64,000 nucleotides of DNA from an uncultured Bacteroidales bacterium (GTDB lineage Bacteria > Bacteroidota > Bacteroidia > Bacteroidales > UBA932), in the NCBI GenBank assembly GCA_900319975.1, contig ONQP01000003.1, positions 13,257 to 77,256 on the forward strand, given 5' to 3'. A model generated the notes under the pieces. The model had not been told where the DNA came from, did no database searches, and worked only from the letters and a program-made list of their open reading frames with translations. This document shows positions 48,541 to 58,831 of the stretch, piece by piece. The position numbers and the translations under genes were made by a program. The first letter of the stretch is position 1; every line of letters starts with the position of its first letter.

Positions 48541-51500
48541 TTATTTGCGGTTGACGGTGTAGGAGACGCCGAGCCGCTGGAGCGCAGAAATGAAGGGCTC
48601 GCAGACGGTCACGGAGAACTTCTTGGAGAAGAATTCGAGGTTGTAGCCCGTCTCCTTGTCGTGCAGGTAGAGCGAGAGCGGCGTCTTGCCCTTGTGGTCC
48701 TTGAGGAGCTTGACCAGGCTGGCGCGGAACTCGGGCGAAAGCCGGTCGGAGGACAGGACGATGGCGAAGCCGTTGAGCATCGAATCGTTGAGGTTGCCCA
48801 GCAGCGTGACTTTCTTGATCTTGAAGCCGTACGGCGCCCGCTTGCCCTGCGCCCGCTCCTCGGGCTTGACGAAGTAGCGCGCGGCGATCTCGCCCTCGAT
48901 ATAGAGCTGCGCGTGCTGCTGCATATAGGGCAGCCACGCTTCGTAGTCCTTGCCGAACAGGGCGAATTCATACGTCCCGTCGAAGTCCTCCATCATCACG
49001 CGGGCGCCCGGCGTGCCGGTGCGCGTGGTCAGCGTCTTCACGTCCGTGACGATGCCCGCGACCGCGGCCTTGCCGGCCTTGTCGGCCGACTCGCATTCGT
49101 CGATGCGCTCCTGCAGCTGTGAGAGCCTGCAGTCTGTAAACGTCTCAATTTCAAAGCGATAGCGGTCGAGCGGGTGCGCGGACAGATACATACCCACGTA
49201 TTCCTTCTCCTGCTGCAGCATCGCCAGGATGTCCTCCTCGTCCGAGGAAGTCGGGACCTCCGGCCGCACGGGCTTGAGCTCCTCCACCTCGCCGAAGAGC
49301 GAATTGGCGGAATCCAGCGTGTCGTTGCGGTACAGGCCCGCGTATTTGACGGCTTCGTCGATGAACAGCTCGCCGTTCTTGCAGGGCAGGAAGAACTGCG
49401 AACGCTTGTAGCCGAACGAATCGAAGGCGCCCGAGCAGACCAGCGTCTCGAAGACGCGGCGGTTGATCATCTCCGCCATGCGCTCCACGAAGTCGAACAG
49501 GTCGCTGTAGAGGCCGTGCTCCGTGCGGTCCTTGATGATGGCCTCCACGACGTTCTCGCCGAAGCCCTTGAGGCCGCCGAGGCCGTAGCGGATGTCGCCG
49601 TTCTTGTTGACGGAGAACTGGGCGTCGGATTCGTTGACATCCGGGCTGAGCACCTTGATGCCGGCCTTGCGGCAGTCCGCCATGATCTCCTTCATCTCGT
49701 CCATGTTCGAGATGTTCTGCGTGAGGTTGGAGGCCTGGAATTCGGACGGATAGTGTGCCTTGATCCAGGCGGTCTGGTAGCTCACCCAGGCGTAGCAGGT
49801 GGCGTGCGACTTGTTGAACGCGTATTTGGCGAAGGCCTCCCAGTCCGACCAGATCTTCTGCAGGACGGGCTCCGGGTGGCCGTTGGCGATGGCGCCCTTC
49901 ATGAAGGTCTCCTTCAGCGAATCCAGCACGGCCTTCTGCTTCTTGCCCATGGCCTTGCGGAGCTTGTCCGCCTTGCCCTTGGAGAAGCCCGCAAGCTTCT
50001 GCGACAGACGCATGACCTGCTCCTGGTACACCGTGACGCCGTAGGTCTCCTTCAGCAGCTCCTCCATCTCGGGGAGGTCGTAGTGGATCTTGGACGGGTC
50101 GTTCTTGCCGGCCACGAAGTCCGGGATGTAGTCCATCGGGCCCGGACGGTAGAGGGCGTTCATGGCGATCAGGTCCTCGAAACGCTCGGGGTGCAGCCGG
50201 ATCAGCCACTCCTTCATGCCGCCGGATTCGAACTGGAAGATGCTCTTGGTGTCGCCGCGGGCGTAGAGGTCATAGACCGCAGGGTCGTCGATGGGGATGG
50301 CCTCGATGTCGATGTCCTTGCCGAAGCGCTTCTTGACCAACGCGAGCGCGCGGTCGATGATGGACAGGGTCTTGAGCCCGAGGAAGTCCATCTTCAGCAT
50401 GCCCACGTCCTCGATCTTGGTGCCTTCGTACTGGCTCACCCACACCTCCTGGCCCGTGGCCTTGTCGGTGCCCATCGTGATGGGGATGTAGTCCGTGAGG
50501 TTGCCGCGGCCGATGATCATCGCGCAGGCGTGGATGCCCGTCTGGCGGATGCAGCCCTCCAGGCGCAGCGCGTAGTCGAGGACTTCGCGCACCAGCGGCT
50601 CGCCCTCCTCGTATTCGTGCTTGAGCTCCTTGATGTATTTGACGCTGTTGGCCAGCGTCGGCTTGTATTCCTTCTCCTCGCCGTTCTCCTTGACGATGAT
50701 CGGACGGTCCGGGATCATCTTGGTGAGGCGGTTGGATTCGGGGATGGACAGGTTGGAGATGCGCGCCACGTCCTTGACGGCCAGCTTGGCGGCCATCGTG
50801 CCGAAGGTGATGACGTGCGAGATGTGGTCCGCGCCGTAGTGGTCCTGCACATACTGGATCACGCGGTAGCGGCCTTCGTCGTCGAAGTCCACGTCGATAT
50901 CCGGCATCGAGATGCGCTCCGGGTTGAGGAAACGCTCGAACAGGAGGTCGTAGCGGATCGGGTCAAGGTTGGTGATGCCGAGGCAGTAGGCGACGCAGGA
51001 ACCGGCCGCGGAACCACGGCCCGGGCCGATGGACACGCCGTTGCGGCGGCCCCAGTTGATGAAGTCCTGGACGATGAGGAAATAGTCCGGGAATCCCATG
51101 AACGAGATCGTCATCAGCTCGAAGTGCAGGCGCTCGCGCTGCTCCTCGCTGAGCTCGTCGCCATAGCGCCGGCGCGCACCCTCGTAGGTCAGGTGGCAGA
51201 GGTATGCGACCGAGCGGCAGAACTCGTCGCCGCGGTAATTCTTGACCTCGTTGCCGTCGGCGTCCTTGGACAGGTCAAATTTGCCGTTTTCGATGATGTC
51301 CGCGTACTTGGCCAGGTGCGTGTCTATATCGGCCAAAAACGCCTCGGGAAGCTCGAATTTGGGCAAAACGTGGCCCCGGTCGATCTCGTACCTGTCGACC
51401 TTGTCCAGAACCTCCAGCGTATTGGCGAGCGCTTCCGGGTGCTCCGGGAAGAGCGCCGCCATCTCCTCCTCGCTCTTGAGGTACTCCTGCTGCGTGTAGC

Positions 51501-52236
51501 GCAGGCGCTTGGGGTCGTCCACCATCGCGTTGGTGGTCAGGCAGATGAGGCGGTCGTGCGCCGGGCCGTCCTCCTTGCGCACGAAGTGCACGTCGTTGGT
51601 GGCCACGACCTTCACGCCGTGCTTCACGGCCAGGTCGAAGATGCGGGTGGTGTATTCCTTCTGCTGCTCGTAGAGCTCGAGCGACATCCCGGGGACCTCC
51701 GTCTTGTGGAGCATCACCTCGAGGTAGTAGTCCTCGCCGAAGACGCCCTTGTGCCATTCGATGGCGCGGTCGATGGCCGCCTCGTCCCCCGCCAGGATGG
51801 CGCGGGGCACCTCGCCGGCCATGCAGGCCGAGCAGCAGATGAGTCCCTCGTGGTATTTCTCCAGCACCTCGTGGCTCACGCGCGGGCGGTAGTACATGCC
51901 CTCGATGTGTCCCGTGGACACGATCTTCATCAGGTTCTTGTAGCCCTGATAATTCTTGGCGAGCAGGATGAGGTGGTAGTATTTCTTGTGTTCGTTGTCC
52001 TTGAGGCGGTGGTCGTAGTGCTGCGTGACGTAGATCTCGCAGCCGAAGATGGGCTTGACGTCCGGGTGCTTCTTGGCCACGTCGCTGAAGTCCTTGACGC
52101 CGTACATGTTGCCGTGGTCGGTGATGGCGAGGCCCGGCATGCCCAGCTCCTCCGCGCGCCGGAAGAGCTTCTCTATGTCGCTCATTCCGTCGAGGATGGA
52201 GTATTGCGTATGGACGTGGAGGTGTACGAAGGACAT
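48541..52236 (-). CDS. dnaE: DNA polymerase III alpha subunit
   Basis: FVHLHVHTQYS PHP domain, GPGRGSAAGS, PDIDVDF, KMDFLGL, YAFNKSH. Confidence 0.98.
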   Translation of the reverse strand: MSFVHLHVHTQYSILDGMSDIEKLFRRAEELGMPGLAITDHGNMYGVKDFSDVAKKHPDVKPIFGCEIYVTQHYDHRLKDNEHKKYYHLILLAKNYQGYKNLMKIVSTGHIEGMYYRPRVSHEVLEKYHEGLICCSACMAGEVPRAILAGDEAAIDRAIEWHKGVFGEDYYLEVMLHKTEVPGMSLELYEQQKEYTTRIFDLAVKHGVKVVATNDVHFVRKEDGPAHDRLICLTTNAMVDDPKRLRYTQQEYLKSEEEMAALFPEHPEALANTLEVLDKVDRYEIDRGHVLPKFELPEAFLADIDTHLAKYADIIENGKFDLSKDADGNEVKNYRGDEFCRSVAYLCHLTYEGARRRYGDELSEEQRERLHFELMTISFMGFPDYFLIVQDFINWGRRNGVSIGPGRGSAAGSCVAYCLGITNLDPIRYDLLFERFLNPERISMPDIDVDFDDEGRYRVIQYVQDHYGADHISHVITFGTMAAKLAVKDVARISNLSIPESNRLTKMIPDRPIIVKENGEEKEYKPTLANSVKYIKELKHEYEEGEPLVREVLDYALRLEGCIRQTGIHACAMIIGRGNLTDYIPITMGTDKATGQEVWVSQYEGTKIEDVGMLKMDFLGLKTLSIIDRALALVKKRFGKDIDIEAIPIDDPAVYDLYARGDTKSIFQFESGGMKEWLIRLHPERFEDLIAMNALYRPGPMDYIPDFVAGKNDPSKIHYDLPEMEELLKETYGVTVYQEQVMRLSQKLAGFSKGKADKLRKAMGKKQKAVLDSLKETFMKGAIANGHPEPVLQKIWSDWEAFAKYAFNKSHATCYAWVSYQTAWIKAHYPSEFQASNLTQNISNMDEMKEIMADCRKAGIKVLSPDVNESDAQFSVNKNGDIRYGLGGLKGFGENVVEAIIKDRTEHGLYSDLFDFVERMAEMINRRVFETLVCSGAFDSFGYKRSQFFLPCKNGELFIDEAVKYAGLYRNDTLDSANSLFGEVEELKPVRPEVPTSSDEEDILAMLQQEKEYVGMYLSAHPLDRYRFEIETFTDCRLSQLQERIDECESADKAGKAAVAGIVTDVKTLTTRTGTPGARVMMEDFDGTYEFALFGKDYEAWLPYMQQHAQLYIEGEIAARYFVKPEERAQGKRAPYGFKIKKVTLLGNLNDSMLNGFAIVLSSDRLSPEFRASLVKLLKDHKGKTPLSLYLHDKETGYNLEFFSKKFSVTVCEPFISALQRLGVSYTVNRK

Positions 52237-52254
52237 ACTCCTGCAAAGATAAAC

Positions 52255-52286
52255 AAAAACCCCCGACCTTCAGCAGGACGGGGGTT
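52255..52286 (-). terminator. Intrinsic terminator after secDF
   Basis: AACCCCCG.CCT / AGG.CGGGGGTT stem with a T-run on the minus strand. Confidence 0.75.
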
Positions 52287-52307
52287 CTTTGTTGAAAACT
52301 TTTCAGC

Positions 52308-55300
52308 CTATTTCTTCTGGGCTGCAGCTTTCTTGCGGGCGGCCATCTCCGCGTCGAACATGATGGGCGTACCGATCATGATGGAGGCGTAGGTACCGAT
52401 CAGGACACCGAGGCAGAGGGCGACGGACAGACCGCGGATGGACTCACCGCCGCAGAAGGCGATGGCGAGCATCGGGAGGAGCGTCGAGACCGAGGTGTTG
52501 ACCGTACGGGTGAGGGTCGCGTTGAGGGACTTGTTGACCGTCTCCTTGAAGTCGCTGCCCGGGTGGAGCGCGAGGTTCTCACGGATTCGGTCGAAGATCA
52601 CCACGTTGTCGTTGATGGCGTAACCGATGATGGTCAGGATGGCGGCGATGAAGGTCTGGTCAACGTCCAGGTTGAACGGCAGGATGCCGCTGAACAGGGA
52701 GAAGAAACCGATGATGATGATCGCCGTGTGGGCCAGGGAGACGACACCGCCGAGACCCCAGTTCCAGCCCTTGAACCGCATTGCGATGTAACCGAAGATG
52801 ACGATCAGGGCGAGGATGATGGAGATGATGGCGTTGCGCTTGATATCGTTGGCGATGGTGGCGCCCACCTTGTCGGAGGAGATGATACCGTTGGGGTTCT
52901 CCAGCGTGGAGGTGAAGCTCTCGAAGGTCACAGGATTCGCGTAGAAGCCCTTGAGGGACTCGAAGAGCATGTTCTCGATCTCGGCGTCCACGGAAGAGGA
53001 CTCCTCCTTGAACTTGTAGGAGGTCGTGATCTTCATCTGGCTGTCACCACCGAACTGCTTGACCTCGACGGAGGACTCCGGGTCGGCCAGGTTGAAGGTG
53101 TTGTTGACGGCGGAGCGGACTTCCTCTGCGGTCACGGGCTTGTCGAAGCGGACCACGTAGGTACGGCCGCCGGTGAAGTCGACACCGTAGGTGAAGCCCT
53201 TGGTGAACATGGACACGAGGGCGATCAGGATGAGCGCGCCGGAGATGATGTAGGACCACTTGCGGCCGCCCAGGAAGTCGATGTTCGTGTTCTTGAGGAA
53301 GTTGGCGGACCACTTGTGCTCGAAGGAGAGCGTCTTGCCCTTGACGATGCGGTCGTCGATGATCAGGCGGGTGACGATGATGGAGGTCAGCACGGAAGTG
53401 ATGATACCGATGATGAGCGTGGTGGCGAAGCCCTTGATCGGACCGGAGCCGAAGAAGAACAGCACCAGACCCGTCAGGAGGGTGGTCACCTGACCGTCGA
53501 TGATGGCGGAGTAGGCGTTGCGGTAGCCGTCGGCGACAGCCTTGCCGAAGCCCTTGCCGGCCTTGAGCTCTTCCTTGACGCGCTCATAGATGATCACGTT
53601 GGCATCCACGGCCATACCCAGCGTCAGGACGAGACCGGCGATACCCGGCAGCGTCAGGACGGCGCCGAAGCCGGACAGGATACCGAACAGGAGCACCACG
53701 TTGGTGAGCAGCGCGACGTCGGCGACCAGACCTGCTCCCTTATAGAAGAGGAACATGTACAGGAGGACGAGGAGGAAGGCGATCAGGAAGGAAATGAGAC
53801 CGCTGCGGATGGACTCGGCACCGAGGGAAGGACCGACGACCTGCTCCTGGACGATCGTGGCCGGAGCGGGGAGCTTACCGGACTTGAGGACGTTGGTAAG
53901 GTCGGTGGCCTCGTCGATGGAGAAGTGGCCGGTGATTTCGGAAGAACCGCCGGTGATGGCCTCATTGACGTTAGGATAGGAATATACGGTGCCGTCGAGC
54001 ACGACGGCGATCTGACGGCCGACGTTCTCTTTGGTCATGCGGGCCCAGACGTTGGCACCCTCGGCGTTCATCGTCATGGAGACGCCCGGGTAGCCGCCGC
54101 GGCGCTGGTCGTAGTTGACGTGGGCGTCGACCACGGCGCCACCGTCGAGCGGGGCCTTGCCGTCGCGGGAAGAAGCCTTGATGGCGACGAGGTCGTAGAC
54201 ATTCTCATCCTTCACGTAGTCGGAGGACTTGACCGTCCAGATCGGGCGGAACTCGACCGGGAAGATGGCGGCGATCTCCGGCATGCGGAGATATTTGTTG
54301 ACGAGCGCGGTGTCGGCAGCGGCGGCGAAGCCGATGCAGGCGCTGCCGCGCACGCCGGACGGGCTCAGCACCGCGAAGAGCGGGTTGGCCTTGCGGGCGG
54401 CGGCGAGGCTGGCGTCCTCGGCGGACTGGGCCTGCAGCTCCTGGGCCACGGCGTCGGTCTCGGCCGCGACAGCCTCGGCGACGGTGGCGGGAGCCTCCTC
54501 GGCGGCGAGGATCTCGGCGAGGCGGACATTGGCCTCATCGAGGAAGGAGGAGATCTCTTCGAACGTGAACGTCGGCCAGAACTCAAGGGAAGCGGTGCCC
54601 TGGAGCAGCTTACGCACACGCTCCGGCTCCTTGACGCCCGGGAGCTCCACGAGGATGCGGCCGGTGTTGCCGATCTTCTGGATGGACGGCTGGGTCACGC
54701 CGAAACGGTCGATACGGTTGCGGAGGACGTTGAAGGAGTTCGCCACGGCGCTCTCAGCCTCTTCCTTGATCACGCTGACGACCTGGTCGTCCGTGGATTC
54801 GGGCTTGATGCGGTCGCGCATCTCGTAGGTACCGAAGACCTGGGCGAGGCGGGTGCCGGGGGCAACTTCCTTCCAGGCGTCGGCAAACAGGGAGATGAAG
54901 TCGTTCTGGGAGTTGACGCTGCGCTCCTTGGCGAGCGCGATGGCGCGCTGGAACTCCGGCGTGGTATTGTTGCCGGACAGGGCGCGGACGAGGTCCTCGA
55001 GCTGCACCTGCAGCATGACGTTCATACCGCCCTTGAGGTCAAGACCGAGATTGATCTCGTGGTTCTGGACCTCCTTGTAAGTCTGACCGAAATAAACCTT
55101 GACACCGGAGAGGGAATCCGTGTAGCGACGGGTTTCGATCTTCCGGATGGAATCGAGATAGAATGCACGGTCCGCTTCCGCAATGCCGCTGATGTCACTG
55201 GCCTGTGCGATCTTTTCGGCGCGCTGTGCGGCCTTCTTGTTCTGGATGGCCGTTACAGCGGTGAAAGAAAGCTGCCAGAGGCAGGCGAGCAAGATGAGGA

Positions 55301-55334
55301 TCGTGAATGTTCTGATGACACCTTTGCTTTGCAT
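52308..55334 (-). CDS. secDF: Protein translocase subunit SecDF (fused)
   Basis: LGLDLKGG, RIDRFGV, VGPSLG, GMAVDANV, GVDFTGG, GYAINDNVVIFDRIRE. Confidence 0.98.
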   Translation of the reverse strand: MQSKGVIRTFTILILLACLWQLSFTAVTAIQNKKAAQRAEKIAQASDISGIAEADRAFYLDSIRKIETRRYTDSLSGVKVYFGQTYKEVQNHEINLGLDLKGGMNVMLQVQLEDLVRALSGNNTTPEFQRAIALAKERSVNSQNDFISLFADAWKEVAPGTRLAQVFGTYEMRDRIKPESTDDQVVSVIKEEAESAVANSFNVLRNRIDRFGVTQPSIQKIGNTGRILVELPGVKEPERVRKLLQGTASLEFWPTFTFEEISSFLDEANVRLAEILAAEEAPATVAEAVAAETDAVAQELQAQSAEDASLAAARKANPLFAVLSPSGVRGSACIGFAAAADTALVNKYLRMPEIAAIFPVEFRPIWTVKSSDYVKDENVYDLVAIKASSRDGKAPLDGGAVVDAHVNYDQRRGGYPGVSMTMNAEGANVWARMTKENVGRQIAVVLDGTVYSYPNVNEAITGGSSEITGHFSIDEATDLTNVLKSGKLPAPATIVQEQVVGPSLGAESIRSGLISFLIAFLLVLLYMFLFYKGAGLVADVALLTNVVLLFGILSGFGAVLTLPGIAGLVLTLGMAVDANVIIYERVKEELKAGKGFGKAVADGYRNAYSAIIDGQVTTLLTGLVLFFFGSGPIKGFATTLIIGIITSVLTSIIVTRLIIDDRIVKGKTLSFEHKWSANFLKNTNIDFLGGRKWSYIISGALILIALVSMFTKGFTYGVDFTGGRTYVVRFDKPVTAEEVRSAVNNTFNLADPESSVEVKQFGGDSQMKITTSYKFKEESSSVDAEIENMLFESLKGFYANPVTFESFTSTLENPNGIISSDKVGATIANDIKRNAIISIILALIVIFGYIAMRFKGWNWGLGGVVSLAHTAIIIIGFFSLFSGILPFNLDVDQTFIAAILTIIGYAINDNVVIFDRIRENLALHPGSDFKETVNKSLNATLTRTVNTSVSTLLPMLAIAFCGGESIRGLSVALCLGVLIGTYASIMIGTPIMFDAEMAARKKAAAQKK

Positions 55335-55444
55335 AATTATCGTAAATTAAATATATTTCACAAAATAGGCCGCAAAGTTAGTATTTTTCTGAAAAGAAAG
55401 AAACTTTGCGGGCCAAATTTATATTATAGGCATCGAAGGGTGCC

Positions 55445-56389
55445 TTATTTTGCAATATTCTCGCGCATCTCGGTATCGGCCTGGATGTTCTTCATCCGGT
55501 AGTAGTCCATGATACCGAGATTGCCGCTGCGGAAGGCCTCCGCCATCGCAAGCGGCACCTGTGCCTCCGCTTCGATCACACGGGCGCGCGCCTCCTGCGC
55601 CTTCGCCTTCATCTCCTGCTCCTGCGCGACGGCCATGGCGCGGCGCTCCTCTGCGCGCGCCTGGGCGATGTTCTTGTCGGCATCGGCCTGGTCCATCTGC
55701 AGGACGGCGCCGATGTTCTTGCCCACGTCGATGTCGGCGATGTCGATCGAGAGGATCTCATACGCCGTGCCGGCGTCGAGGCCCTTGCCCAGCACCAGCT
55801 TGGAGATGCTGTCGGGGTTCTCCAGCACGCTCTTGTGGCTCTCGGACGAGCCGATCGAGGAGACGATGCCCTCGCCCACGCGGGCCAGGATGGTCTCTTC
55901 GCCGGCGCCGCCGACCAGCTGCTTGATGTTGGCGCGCACGGTGACGCGGGCCTTGGCGATCAGCTGGATGCCGTCCTTGGCCACGGCCGTGACGGGCGGG
56001 GTGTTGATCACCTTGGGGTTGACCGACATCTGCACGGCCTCGAGCACGTCGCGGCCGGCCAGGTCGATGGCGGATGCCATCTTGAAGTCGAGGGGGATAT
56101 TGGCCTTGTTGGCCGAAATGAGCGCCATCACGACCTTGGTGACGTTGCCGCGGGCGAGATAGTGCGCTTCGAGTTCGTTCGCTTTGAGGGTCAGGCCGGC
56201 CTTGGTGCCGGTGATCAGTGCCAGGACGATCGTACGCGGATTGACGCCGCGCCAGCGCATCAGCACGAGCTGGATGAGGGAGACGTACACGCCCGACAGG
56301 ATGGCCTGGAACCACAGGGCCACGGGGAAAAACCAGAGGACGATGATGAGTCCGGCGATCGCGATGACGATCCAGATGATAGGGTTCAT
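55445..56389 (-). CDS. floA: Flotillin-like protein FloA (YqfA)
   Basis: [55 protein letters not shown]. Confidence 0.95.
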   Translation of the reverse strand: MNPIIWIVIAIAGLIIVLWFFPVALWFQAILSGVYVSLIQLVLMRWRGVNPRTIVLALITGTKAGLTLKANELEAHYLARGNVTKVVMALISANKANIPLDFKMASAIDLAGRDVLEAVQMSVNPKVINTPPVTAVAKDGIQLIAKARVTVRANIKQLVGGAGEETILARVGEGIVSSIGSSESHKSVLENPDSISKLVLGKGLDAGTAYEILSIDIADIDVGKNIGAVLQMDQADADKNIAQARAEERRAMAVAQEQEMKAKAQEARARVIEAEAQVPLAMAEAFRSGNLGIMDYYRMKNIQADTEMRENIAK

Positions 56390-56396
56390 AGCGTTA

Positions 56397-56864
56397 TTAT
56401 TGGGTTATCGGTTTGACAAGCGGTTTGTTCTCTTCGATGGCGACGACCTCCACGGGCGTGCCGGCGGCGACCATCGTGTTGTCGTGGCTCTTGACCTCGC
56501 AGCTCACTTCGCCGAAGCGGCCCGTGCCCATCGGCGCGAGACGCGTGTAGGCGATGCCGCGGTCGCCGACGTGCACCTGGGAGACTTCCGTGCCCATCTG
56601 GGAACGGACTTCCGTCTTCAGCTCGAAGCGCCGCCACGTGCGGGCGCGGAGCGCGAAGAAGACCAGGATGCCCAGCAGCACCATCGCGGCGAGGAGCGTC
56701 CACCAGCCGGCGGCCGTGGAGATCTCGGCGAAGGCGTACCAGCAGGCGACGCCGAGCGAGCCGATGCTCAGGAAGCCGGCGATCCCGACGCCCGGGATCA
56801 GGAGCATCTCGACGAGCATCAGCAGGATGCCCAGGACCAGGAGGGTAACGACAATCCACCACAT
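56397..56864 (-). CDS. Short NfeD family membrane protein
   Basis: E.LLIPG.G.AG TM segments and OB-fold G.....RL.P.G; directly upstream of floA. Confidence 0.9.
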   Translation of the reverse strand: MWWIVVTLLVLGILLMLVEMLLIPGVGIAGFLSIGSLGVACWYAFAEISTAAGWWTLLAAMVLLGILVFFALRARTWRRFELKTEVRSQMGTEVSQVHVGDRGIAYTRLAPMGTGRFGEVSCEVKSHDNTMVAAGTPVEVVAIEENKPLVKPITQ

Positions 56865-56968
56865 ATTCGTGCAAGTTTATATCTTCACAAATATAGGCAA
56901 AAAGAAACGCATAAGCAAAAGGGCCGGAAGCGTCGTGCTTCCAGCCCTCCCAGGCCCGTCCAGGGCGG

Positions 56969-58831
56969 TTATGCAAGCCGGCAGGAGTCCTTGATCAGGC
57001 CCTCCATCGTGGCGTTCAGGTCGTTTGCGTGCAGCAGTTCGCGTACGTCGAAATGCAGGCGGAAGCGCCAGTGGTGATGCGGGTCCGCGGGCTCGTTGAT
57101 GCGTTCCGCGTTCCGGTCCGGACGGCGCAGGCCCTTGTCGAGAGCCAGCCAGTCCTGGAGCGGGAAGATGGCGAGCATCGACGGCGAAGCGAGGAACTCC
57201 CACAGCATCCGGCGCACTTCCCACGGCTCCGGGTCGTGGTCGCTCTGCATGCGCAGCGTCTCCATGTCGTGGCTCGAGGTGGCGCAGACGCTCAGGTATT
57301 TCCATTCGCCCTTCTGCTCCATGCCGCGCATCCGCAGCGAGAGGATCTTCTCGTGGTCCATCACGCCCGGCACGCAGTCGGGCACCATGCCCAGGTCCTC
57401 GCCGCAGGCAAGCATCCCCGTCGCGCCGAGCAGCTCGGGGAGCTTGCGCTCGGCGTTGCGGCGCCAGAACTCGTCGTGGCGGTGGTAGAAGAAGTCGTTG
57501 TACATGGCGCCGAAGCGCTCCTGCTGCCACTGCGGCAGGTTGTAGGAGGCCGGCGCGATGAGCGGCTGGTACATGCCGGGATGGCGCGGATCCGGATGGA
57601 AGAGGCCGTCGATCGGCAGCTGCTTGAAATAGATCTCGTCCGCCGAATACGGCAGGGCCGGGTTGAAATGGCCCATCATGCCGCTCTTGTACTCGATGGG
57701 AATCTCCCAGATGCGGAAGAATCCGAGGATATGGTCGATGCGGAACGCGTCGAAATAGCGGCTCATCTTGCGCAGGCGCGCCTTCCACCAGGCGAAGTCG
57801 TCCTTGGCCATCTCCTCCCAGTTGTAGGTCGGGAAGCCCCAGTTCTGGCCGTCCGTGCTGAAGTAGTCGGGCGGAGCGCCGGTCGAGGAGTCGAGGTTGA
57901 AGAGCTCCGGATGCCAGTAGGCCTCCGCGCTGTCGGCGCTCACGCCGATGGGCAGGTCGCCCTTCAGCGACACGCCCTTGGCGCGCGCGTAGTCCACTTC
58001 CTGGCAGAACTGCTTGTCCAGGTGGTACTGCATCCAGCAGTAGTACTCCGGCTCCTTCTTGTCGCGGCGCGCGCAGAATTCCGCGTACTCCGGCAGCCAG
58101 GCGGCGTTGTCCTTGACGAACTTCTTGTAGCCGGCCGAGGCCATGTCCTTCGCGCCGCGGGCCTCGAAGGCCTTGCGGATGTAGGCCATCTTGGCCTTGA
58201 ACACGCGCGGGTAGTCCAGCTCCGGCAGCGCGTTGAGCGCGGCCTGCGCCTTCTTGAAGGCGGCGTCTTCCTTGACGCCGAGGTCCTGCAGGTGCATGTA
58301 GAGCGGATGCAGGGCGAAGGTGGACACGGGGCTGTAGGGATACGAATCCGCCCACTCGCCCTTGCGGGTGGTGTCGTTGACCGGGAGCAGCTGCAGGATG
58401 CACTGCCCCGTGGCGGCGGCCCAGTCTACGACCGGCCGCAGGTCGCGGAATTCGCCGATGCCGAAGTCGTCGGCCGTGCGCAGCGAGAACACGGGAATGG
58501 CCGTGCCCACGCCCCGGAAACCGGGCCGGTCGAACTTCTCCGCCTGGTGCTTGCGCGGGAACGGGCAGCCCGGGATCGGGCAGTCGATCCACGCGTCCTC
58601 GATCACGCGGGCGGACTTGGAGCAATGGTGACTCCATTCCGTGCGGACGATCAGGCCGTCGTACATCAGCACATAGGTGTAGTCCTTGAGCGCCGCGGCC
58701 GGACAATCTTTCACGGTCACGCTCCAGACGGCGCCGTCGCCCCATTCCATGGGGTATTTCCTGTCCTGGAGGACCAGCGCGAGGCTCTCGCCCCACGCGG
58801 TCTCATACTTTATCTTGAATGTGATGTTCAT
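56969..58831 (-). CDS. malQ: 4-alpha-glucanotransferase (GH77), compact form
   Basis: GIGEF, QLLPVND, SYPYS, KGDLPIG, GAPPD, QNWGFP, RIDHILGFFR, GEDLG, SHD. Confidence 0.95.
   Translation of the reverse strand: MNITFKIKYETAWGESLALVLQDRKYPMEWGDGAVWSVTVKDCPAAALKDYTYVLMYDGLIVRTEWSHHCSKSARVIEDAWIDCPIPGCPFPRKHQAEKFDRPGFRGVGTAIPVFSLRTADDFGIGEFRDLRPVVDWAAATGQCILQLLPVNDTTRKGEWADSYPYSPVSTFALHPLYMHLQDLGVKEDAAFKKAQAALNALPELDYPRVFKAKMAYIRKAFEARGAKDMASAGYKKFVKDNAAWLPEYAEFCARRDKKEPEYYCWMQYHLDKQFCQEVDYARAKGVSLKGDLPIGVSADSAEAYWHPELFNLDSSTGAPPDYFSTDGQNWGFPTYNWEEMAKDDFAWWKARLRKMSRYFDAFRIDHILGFFRIWEIPIEYKSGMMGHFNPALPYSADEIYFKQLPIDGLFHPDPRHPGMYQPLIAPASYNLPQWQQERFGAMYNDFFYHRHDEFWRRNAERKLPELLGATGMLACGEDLGMVPDCVPGVMDHEKILSLRMRGMEQKGEWKYLSVCATSSHDMETLRMQSDHDPEPWEVRRMLWEFLASPSMLAIFPLQDWLALDKGLRRPDRNAERINEPADPHHHWRFRLHFDVRELLHANDLNATMEGLIKDSCRLA

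Noticed and set aside
51200-51370. Possible intein or mobile insertion in DnaE
   Set aside because: Only about 45 aa, with no Cys/Ser...His-Asn splice motifs; Bacteroidales DnaE often has a variable loop here.
56915-56968. GC-rich hairpin after malQ as an ncRNA or riboswitch
   Set aside because: Short imperfect stem with no recognisable family motif; probably just a 3' stem-loop.
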